A DNA stretch of 64,000 nucleotides from Chthoniobacterales bacterium (GTDB lineage: Bacteria; Verrucomicrobiota; Verrucomicrobiia; Chthoniobacterales; JAFAMB01), in the NCBI GenBank assembly GCA_036401335.1, contig DASWVC010000033.1:291-64290 (forward strand), given 5' to 3'. Positions 57,905-64,000 of this stretch are shown in pieces. The notes under the pieces were generated by a model. The model had not been told where the DNA came from. It saw only the letters and a list, made by a program, of their open reading frames with translations, and ran no database searches. Each line of letters begins with the position of its first letter. The stretch's first letter is position 1. The translations under genes and the position numbers were made by a program.

Positions 57905-60900
57905 TCATTCTTTCCGTACCGCCCGGAGAAGGGCTGGAAGGACCAGCAACACGAGCGGCAGTTGAAAACAGAGCCCGGAGATGATCGCGATGGCCAGCGG
58001 CCGAAGCATGGCCGCACCTTCTCCCAAACCGAGCGCCAACGGCGCCAAGGCCAGGATCGCGGCGATTGTCGTCATCGCGATCGGGCGCATCCGGTTGAGG
58101 CCGGCCACGATGAGACGGTCGGGGCCCGACTGCTCCCGAAGTTCAGAATAGTAAAAGATCGAAACCTCCGTGACGATTCCGACGACCATGGTCATTCCCA
58201 TGCGGGAGGTGATGTTAAATTCCGTCCCGGTAAGCCATAACCCGACGTAAACGGCCGCCACAGCCAGAAAGGCAATGCCTAGCATGGCAAGCGCCACCCG
58301 GAAACTTTCATAAAGGAACACCAGCAGCAGGAAGGTCAGGATCACGGCCGCCGCCAGCACCACCGTGAGGCCCTGAAACGCAATCTGCTGCTGCTCGTAC
58401 AACCCACCCAAGGCATAGGGAACCGTGGCGGGCACCACCCCCGGCTGTGCGAGCACGCGTTTCACCTCGGTAACCGTGGAACCGAGGTCCCGCCCGCTAA
58501 TCCGGGCCGTGACCGCCACCATGCGTTTCAAGTCCTCCCGTTTGATCTCCGGTTGGCCGCTCGTCGCAGTGAGCTTCGCAACGCGAGCCAGCGGGAAAAG
58601 GTGTCCATCGGGGGCCCGGATGAGCAAACGCTCCACTTGAGGCGTGATTTGGCGATCGTGCTCCGGGACCCACACCCTCACCCCGATCAGCTTGGGTGGC
58701 TGCAGGACCCGGGTCGCCACATCCCCGGACAAATAACTCGTTAGCACCTTGGTGATGGCATCCGGGTCCATGCCTTCGAGCACGGCCTTTCTGCGGTCGA
58801 CCTCGACGCTGAGGGCGTCGCCCGCGGGAGTGATTCCGTTCTTAACTTCCACCACGCCCCGCACGTGCGAAACGGCTTCTGCCACTTTGGGAGCGAGGGT
58901 CTGCAAGCCTTGTTCATCGTCGGAAAATAACTTGATTTCGATCGGTTGCGGCACGCTCGTCAGGTCGCCAATAAGGTCTTCCATCACTTGGGCCGTTTCC
59001 ACTTGAAGGCTAGGGATGGTCTGCCCGATTTGCTGGCGGACGTCGTCCATGACCGCTTCTACTCCCCGGCGCGGCAGCGGACGGAGGCGCACGAAGAAAT
59101 CGCCGCTGTTTGTTTCGTTGAGGTCACCACCTAATCCAAGCCCTGTTCGGCGTGAGTAGGTTTGCGTCTCCGGCAGCTTTCGCAAAATGCCTTCGACCTG
59201 GCGCAGCAGCCGATCGGTCTCGGCGAGGGAGGTGCCCGGAAGCGAATGGTAATCAAGAATGAATCCGCCTTCATCCATGGCCGGCATGAACCCGGAAGAA
59301 ACGTGTTGGAAGGCAAAAATTCCAAGCACTGCCGTGGGCAAGCAGATCAGCAGGATGAAGGCGGGCCGACGAACGAAAAACCCGGCCAGCCGCCGGTACC
59401 CTCGATCCAGCCGTCCCGCGTGAGGCTGAGGATGCGTGCGGGACCGAACGCCACGGTGCAGGCAACGGGCAGCAACCGCGGGCAGCACGAGCCAGGAGAT
59501 CAGCAGCGAGAGGATCAGGCTGGCTGCCATGGTGAGTGATAGGGCCTTGAAAAACGCGCCCGTCACCCCCGACAAAAAGGCCAGCGGAGCAAAAATGATG
59601 ACCGTGGCGGTGGAGGAGGCCAGCAACGGCTCAGAGAACTCACGGGCCGCCGTCAACACGGAACTGCCCTCGCCTTCTTGCTGGCGGCGCACAATGTGCT
59701 CTGCCATGACGATCGCATCGTCAATGATCAGGCCCACAGCGGCCGCGATGCCGCCCAACGTCATAATGTTTAAGCTCATCTTGAGCACGCCGAGGAGCAG
59801 GATCGTCGAACAGAGGACCGCGGGAACCGTGACGGCGGCGATGGCGGTGATCCGCCAGTCACGCAGAAACCCAAGCAGCACCAGGATCGCAAGTCCGATG
59901 CCAATCAGGACCGCGTCCCGAGTGCTGGTGGCGGAAGAAGTGATCAGCTGCCCTTGGTCGTACCAATCGGCGACGCGGACGTCAGCCGGGATGGATGTTC
60001 CCAACGCGCTCAGCTTGCGCTTTATGCCGGCGGCAATCTGCACCGTGTTGCCGCCGGGTTGCTGGTAAACCTGGAAGAGCACGGCGTCGTGGGCATCCGC
60101 CGTCACGCGGGTCCACCGTGGTTCGGTGCTGCGTTCAATCGTAGCGACATCGCCCAGGAAAAGCGTGCCGGAGGAACCGGAGGCAATCACCACCTTCGGC
60201 AGGTCCGCAAAGGATTTCAGGCGGGTGTCAGAAATGACGAGATAGAGTTTCTCGGACTCCTCAAGTTTGCCTACGGCTGAAAGAACGTTCTGGGCCGCGA
60301 GCACCGCGGACACGTCCGTGATGGTGAGCTTCAAGGCCTGCAGCTTCGGCAGGTCAACGACGACCCGGTATTCTTCGGTCTGTCCGCCTTGCACCCCAAC
60401 TTGCGCAACGCCCGGCACCGTGGCCAGGGCAGGCCGCACCGTGTAGCTGGCGAGGTCGCGCAGTTCTTGCAGGGGACGGTGATCGGAAGTGAGGCTGTAG
60501 GCAATCACCGGGAACACGGTGGGGTCCATGCGCAACACGTTGAAGGTGGTGCCCGGCGGCAGGGCGGAGAGCACCTTGTTGATCTGGGACTCCACCTGGA
60601 GCATGGCCGCCACCATGTCTTCGCCCCAATCGAAATTCACATTGACCTCTGCGCTTCCCCGAGTCGTGTTTGAACGAACGCCGCGAACTCCGGGAATGGC
60701 GCGAACGGCTTCCTCGACGGGAATTGTTGCCTCGATGGCCATGCGTTCCGCCGGCCGGTCGCCGGCATCAAGGCTGATGCGGACGCGCGGAAAGTCCACC
60801 TGCGGAAACAGGCTCACCGGCAACTGCCATGCCGTGACGGCCCCCGCCAAGGCGAGGACCGTCACCAGACTAACCAGAAACCGGGCGTGGCGGGAGGCCC

Positions 60901-60916
60901 ATTCAACGGGATTCAT
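57905..60916 (-). CDS. RND efflux transporter permease
   Basis: 'FPQVDFPRVRISLDAGDRPAERMAIEATIPVEEAVRAIPGVRGVRSNT', 'AVGLIIDDAIVMAEHI', 'TMVVGIVTEVSIFYYSE'. Confidence 0.95.
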   Translation of the reverse strand: MNPVEWASRHARFLVSLVTVLALAGAVTAWQLPVSLFPQVDFPRVRISLDAGDRPAERMAIEATIPVEEAVRAIPGVRGVRSNTTRGSAEVNVNFDWGEDMVAAMLQVESQINKVLSALPPGTTFNVLRMDPTVFPVIAYSLTSDHRPLQELRDLASYTVRPALATVPGVAQVGVQGGQTEEYRVVVDLPKLQALKLTITDVSAVLAAQNVLSAVGKLEESEKLYLVISDTRLKSFADLPKVVIASGSSGTLFLGDVATIERSTEPRWTRVTADAHDAVLFQVYQQPGGNTVQIAAGIKRKLSALGTSIPADVRVADWYDQGQLITSSATSTRDAVLIGIGLAILVLLGFLRDWRITAIAAVTVPAVLCSTILLLGVLKMSLNIMTLGGIAAAVGLIIDDAIVMAEHIVRRQQEGEGSSVLTAAREFSEPLLASSTATVIIFAPLAFLSGVTGAFFKALSLTMAASLILSLLISWLVLPAVAARCLHRGVRSRTHPQPHAGRLDRGYRRLAGFFVRRPAFILLICLPTAVLGIFAFQHVSSGFMPAMDEGGFILDYHSLPGTSLAETDRLLRQVEGILRKLPETQTYSRRTGLGLGGDLNETNSGDFFVRLRPLPRRGVEAVMDDVRQQIGQTIPSLQVETAQVMEDLIGDLTSVPQPIEIKLFSDDEQGLQTLAPKVAEAVSHVRGVVEVKNGITPAGDALSVEVDRRKAVLEGMDPDAITKVLTSYLSGDVATRVLQPPKLIGVRVWVPEHDRQITPQVERLLIRAPDGHLFPLARVAKLTATSGQPEIKREDLKRMVAVTARISGRDLGSTVTEVKRVLAQPGVVPATVPYALGGLYEQQQIAFQGLTVVLAAAVILTFLLLVFLYESFRVALAMLGIAFLAVAAVYVGLWLTGTEFNITSRMGMTMVVGIVTEVSIFYYSELREQSGPDRLIVAGLNRMRPIAMTTIAAILALAPLALGLGEGAAMLRPLAIAIISGLCFQLPLVLLVLPALLRAVRKE

Positions 60917-62033
60917 CGCCCGTGGCGGCCTCCACCCGCATGCCGTCCGTGAGTTCGCGATGGCCTTGAACCACCACGGCATCTCCGGAGCGGATCGTGC
61001 CATCCGTCAGCTCGATCTCATCGTCGTTCTGCAGCCCAAGATGCACCGGGATCCGCTGCGCCTTTCCTTCCCGAACGACGAAGAGGACCGGTTCGCCTTG
61101 GTCCTCAAAGACGGCCCGTCGGGGTACCACGACCCCTTCGTGCGCAGCCACCTCGATATTTCCTTGCACGTAAGCGTTCAGCAGCAGACTGCCTGGTTGG
61201 GGAAGGGCCACGTAGACGTCCACCAACCGCGTGGTCGCGTTGACTTGTCCGGAGACCAGTTTCACCGTGCCTTCCCACGTCGCCGCCGCAGGGTCATCGG
61301 AGGGTCCCAGGGCCACCTTCTCGCCCGGCGCGACCCGCCCGGCGGCGCCCGGTTCAACGCCCAACCGGACTTGCAGGTCGTCACCAGACGCGACTTCCAC
61401 GATGGCGGTGCCTGCGGGCGCCAACTGGCCGTCTTGCACGCCGATTCGGGCCACCAAACCATCGACGTCCGCGATCGCTTGCTCGGATGGATGCACCCCC
61501 TCATCCCGCAGGCTGGCCAATTGCAGGTCGGCGTCCGTCGCGCCCTTTTCGGCTGCGCCGAGCTCCTGGACGGTTGCCAGCTTAAGGTCAAAGCGCCGCC
61601 GCGTCTGATCAAGGTCCCGATGGGCCATCCGGGCGGCGTTTTCGGCTTGGTGCAGTTGGAGCAAGGTCGCGGCGCTGGCGTCGACCTCGACCAGGGGTTG
61701 ACCCCGTTTGACCGGTTCACCCGGAGCCACCAGGACGTGGCGCACCCGCGTTTCGAAAGCGCGGGTAACGGTGTGGGTGCTGCCCGGTTCCGCCGTCACG
61801 GAGCCGAAGGCCGTGCACGTTTCCGCGATCCTTTTTCGCGAGGCAACAGCGACGACGACTTTGGCCACTGGTTCAGCCTCGTGGTCCTCCGGGTGTTCCG
61901 CTCCGGGGTGCGGCGCACAACCCAGCAGCAGAAGTGCAAACCCGGCATGAAACGCACGGCGGAACACAGGCCACCCGGGCTGCCGCCCGCCCCGGAACCT
62001 CACGCACCGCCCTCCTGATCCGGGAGGAAGCAA
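60903..62033 (-). CDS. RND periplasmic adaptor (HlyD/MFP family)
   Basis: 'RVRHVLVAPGEPVKRGQPLVEVDASAATLLQLHQAENAARMAHRDLDQTRRRFD', 'IEVASGDDLQVRLGVEPG'. Confidence 0.92.
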   Translation of the reverse strand: MLPPGSGGRCVRFRGGRQPGWPVFRRAFHAGFALLLLGCAPHPGAEHPEDHEAEPVAKVVVAVASRKRIAETCTAFGSVTAEPGSTHTVTRAFETRVRHVLVAPGEPVKRGQPLVEVDASAATLLQLHQAENAARMAHRDLDQTRRRFDLKLATVQELGAAEKGATDADLQLASLRDEGVHPSEQAIADVDGLVARIGVQDGQLAPAGTAIVEVASGDDLQVRLGVEPGAAGRVAPGEKVALGPSDDPAAATWEGTVKLVSGQVNATTRLVDVYVALPQPGSLLLNAYVQGNIEVAAHEGVVVPRRAVFEDQGEPVLFVVREGKAQRIPVHLGLQNDDEIELTDGTIRSGDAVVVQGHRELTDGMRVEAATGDESR

Positions 62034-63370
62034 CCGGCCGCCAACTCGAGCGCCACCCGGGCTTCGTGCAGTTGTTGTTTTAGCTTCAACAGCTGAATCC
62101 GCTTTTGATTGTAATTGGCCCTGGCCTGGTAGTAAGCGAGCACGTCGGCGTTCTGGCCCTGAAGCGCGGCCTGGGCCGTCTCGAGTAGGCGGGCCAAGGC
62201 GGGCAACGCGGCCGCGGCTGCGGCCACCTGAACGTTGAGCGACCGAAGGTCGGCGGTGGCTTCCGCGACGTCCGCCCGCGCTTGGAACAAACGGTTCGTG
62301 TACTCATCGTACAGGCTTTGGCGGGTAGCCTTTTCGACCGCAATGCTGCCTTGGTTTCGATCAAAAATCGGCAGGTCAAACGAGAACGACAACCCGGTCG
62401 TGTGCACGTTGCTCGTGTCGCTCGCGTGGGAGAACCCCAGGTTCACCTTGGGAAGCTGCGCTAGCACCGCGGCGCGCAGCTTTGCGTCCTGGCTTTCGTA
62501 GCCGACCCGCAGACCCAGCAGATCCAGGCGCCGGTGCTCCAGCGCGGAAATCAACGCCCCGGCATCCGGGACACGCAAGGAGGCGGACAGGTTCGCTTCG
62601 GCCGGCAGGGGCAAAACGGTTTGCGGCGGTGCGCCCACCGCCCGGTTCAACGCCAGCGTCTGTTTCGCCAGATCCTGCTGCAGGCTGAGGTAAGTCGCCC
62701 GGGCATCGGTGCCGGTGGCCTGTGCCGCCGCGAGGTCGAGCGCGCTCTTTTGACGCTCGTTGACTGCCTGCTGTAACAGGCCGACGGCTTGTTGCTGGTC
62801 GGCATCGATGAGACGGGCCTCTTGCGCCTGAGCGTGCAGCGCCATGACGCGGTACCAAGCCAGCCTGGCCGCTTCGGCGGCCTGCCATTCAATCCAAGCC
62901 ACGTCCAGCTCGATGGCCTGGGCGCTTTTCTTCGCCGCCCGTACCTTGGCGTTTCGGCTGACCACGGATGACACGTCCCAGCTGCCGGTGAAGCCGTAGG
63001 CCGTGACGGTTCCCAGCGTATGGCCGCCAGTGACAAAGTCCCGCGCGTAGCCCAGCGTCGGATTCGGCAACACGCCGGCCGAGAACGTTTGGGCAGCAGC
63101 CAATCCCCGGCGGTCGCGATCGGCCCGCAGGGCCGGGTTGGCGATCACCGCCAGGACGGCTACTTGGTCCGGGCCCAGGCCGTGCCGAAAGTCCAGACGG
63201 ACGGGCTGGAGCAGCGGGTGCGCCACCTCCCTGGCGGCGATGGCAAGCCGATGCCGCGCCGGGAACCGCAGGGATTTTTGAACCCCGGCGGAGGTGAGCG
63301 GCTGGGCCGTGTAATGCGCACAGCTGACCACCGAAGCGGAGAGGGCAAGAAACCAAAGCCGCGTGCTCAT
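62000..63370 (-). CDS. TolC family outer membrane efflux protein
   Basis: 'PNPTLGYARDFVTGG', 'AVNERQKSALDLAAAQATGTDARATYLSLQQDLAKQTLALNRAVG', 'YYQARANYNQKRIQLLKLKQQLHEARVALELA'. Confidence 0.93.
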   Translation of the reverse strand: MSTRLWFLALSASVVSCAHYTAQPLTSAGVQKSLRFPARHRLAIAAREVAHPLLQPVRLDFRHGLGPDQVAVLAVIANPALRADRDRRGLAAAQTFSAGVLPNPTLGYARDFVTGGHTLGTVTAYGFTGSWDVSSVVSRNAKVRAAKKSAQAIELDVAWIEWQAAEAARLAWYRVMALHAQAQEARLIDADQQQAVGLLQQAVNERQKSALDLAAAQATGTDARATYLSLQQDLAKQTLALNRAVGAPPQTVLPLPAEANLSASLRVPDAGALISALEHRRLDLLGLRVGYESQDAKLRAAVLAQLPKVNLGFSHASDTSNVHTTGLSFSFDLPIFDRNQGSIAVEKATRQSLYDEYTNRLFQARADVAEATADLRSLNVQVAAAAAALPALARLLETAQAALQGQNADVLAYYQARANYNQKRIQLLKLKQQLHEARVALELAAGCFLPDQEGGA

Positions 63371-63374
63371 ACGG

Positions 63375-63932
63375 TTACTTCCATCGTAAACTCTCCGCCA
63401 CGCGCTGCCGCAAGGCACGGTGATCCGAGGCGGTTGGCGACCACACGCTCAAAATCTGCAGCTGGCGAGGCTGCAGAAAGATGTACACGCTGCACTCCAG
63501 GGAAGGAGGCGCGTCGATCGCCGGCCCTGGATTGCTGCGGAACTTGAGAAGGACCGCACGGCCGGCCGGCAGGTCAACTTCTTTCATCCGCCTCAGTCTT
63601 GCGGGCTTAGCTCCCCCCAAACTCTTTACTTCGGCGCCCGCCACCCCCAGCGCATCCAGATTTTCTGGATGGGCGCGCAGCGCGACCGTTCTAACCCGAA
63701 TGCCCGCCACCTGCCCTCCAAAGGTTACCACGCCGGGGCTTTCGCTGCACAACCAACCCTTCGGCGCTTCGAGCGAGAAGCCTTTGACTTCACGCCGCTC
63801 ATAATCCGTGGGTTCTTCCAACCAGACGTGCGCGGCCGTGGTCGTTCCGGTGACCCGCGCCTCCGGAACCCGGCCTGGAGCCAGCTCGTCAGCTCCCGCA
63901 AAGGCCGGCAGGCAAAACCCCACAAAAGCCAA
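63375..63932 (-). CDS. Hypothetical exported protein adjacent to the efflux operon
   Basis: Signal-like 'MAFVGFCLPAFAGA'; no family recognised. Confidence 0.5.
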   Translation of the reverse strand: MAFVGFCLPAFAGADELAPGRVPEARVTGTTTAAHVWLEEPTDYERREVKGFSLEAPKGWLCSESPGVVTFGGQVAGIRVRTVALRAHPENLDALGVAGAEVKSLGGAKPARLRRMKEVDLPAGRAVLLKFRSNPGPAIDAPPSLECSVYIFLQPRQLQILSVWSPTASDHRALRQRVAESLRWK

Positions 63933-64000
63933 GGTTCGGGCGTGCCGCCAGCGCCGGCGAGCCTCGCCAAAAGCCTTTGTTCGATGGAGCGCCGATCGCT

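Noticed and set aside
60519-62018. 499-aa plus-strand ORF antisense to RND permease/adaptor genes
   Set aside because: Shadow ORF; the opposite strand has a classic RND-HlyD-TolC operon.

Overview
This 64 kb high-GC chromosomal window is mostly single-copy housekeeping and metabolic genes, with a short accessory stretch. The gene content (RRM RNA-binding proteins, long-form ispG, ispG-rseP-dxr-cdsA order) suggests a Verrucomicrobiota/PVC-type bacterium; that lineage call is inference. Recognisable blocks are: mnmE/pyrD; tatD-fabH-plsX-rpmF-DUF177-coaD; guaA; aat; serS; smc; ispG-rseP-dxr-cdsA; a dynamin-like GTPase with a polysaccharide deacetylase and mtnP; a stand-alone single-module NRPS (C-A-T-TE); infA; ispD; a gluconate transporter/kinase plus ribose/galactofuranose-type ABC importer with a LacI regulator; an IS630-type transposase; an ECF sigma/anti-sigma pair next to a lycopene cyclase; ilvD; and an RND efflux system. 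I found no CRISPR, rRNA, confident tRNA or complete defence island. The most interesting unexplained signals are: (1) two copies of a small element bounded by inverted arrays of a ~10-nt repeat (ATGAACAGCA/ATGAACAACG). Each copy fills the gap between co-oriented genes, abuts a downstream start codon and supplies the stop codon (and, for coaD, the last codons) of the upstream gene. (2) A solitary NRPS with a non-canonical condensation motif (THGAIYG). (3) Two LacI-type operators in the divergent sugar promoter region. (4) Several heavily shortened genes (RRM, FGGY kinase, EamA transporter, DJ-1/PfpI, alpha/beta hydrolase). (5) A sigma/anti-sigma/lycopene-cyclase cluster. I cannot demonstrate a wholly new multi-gene system here.
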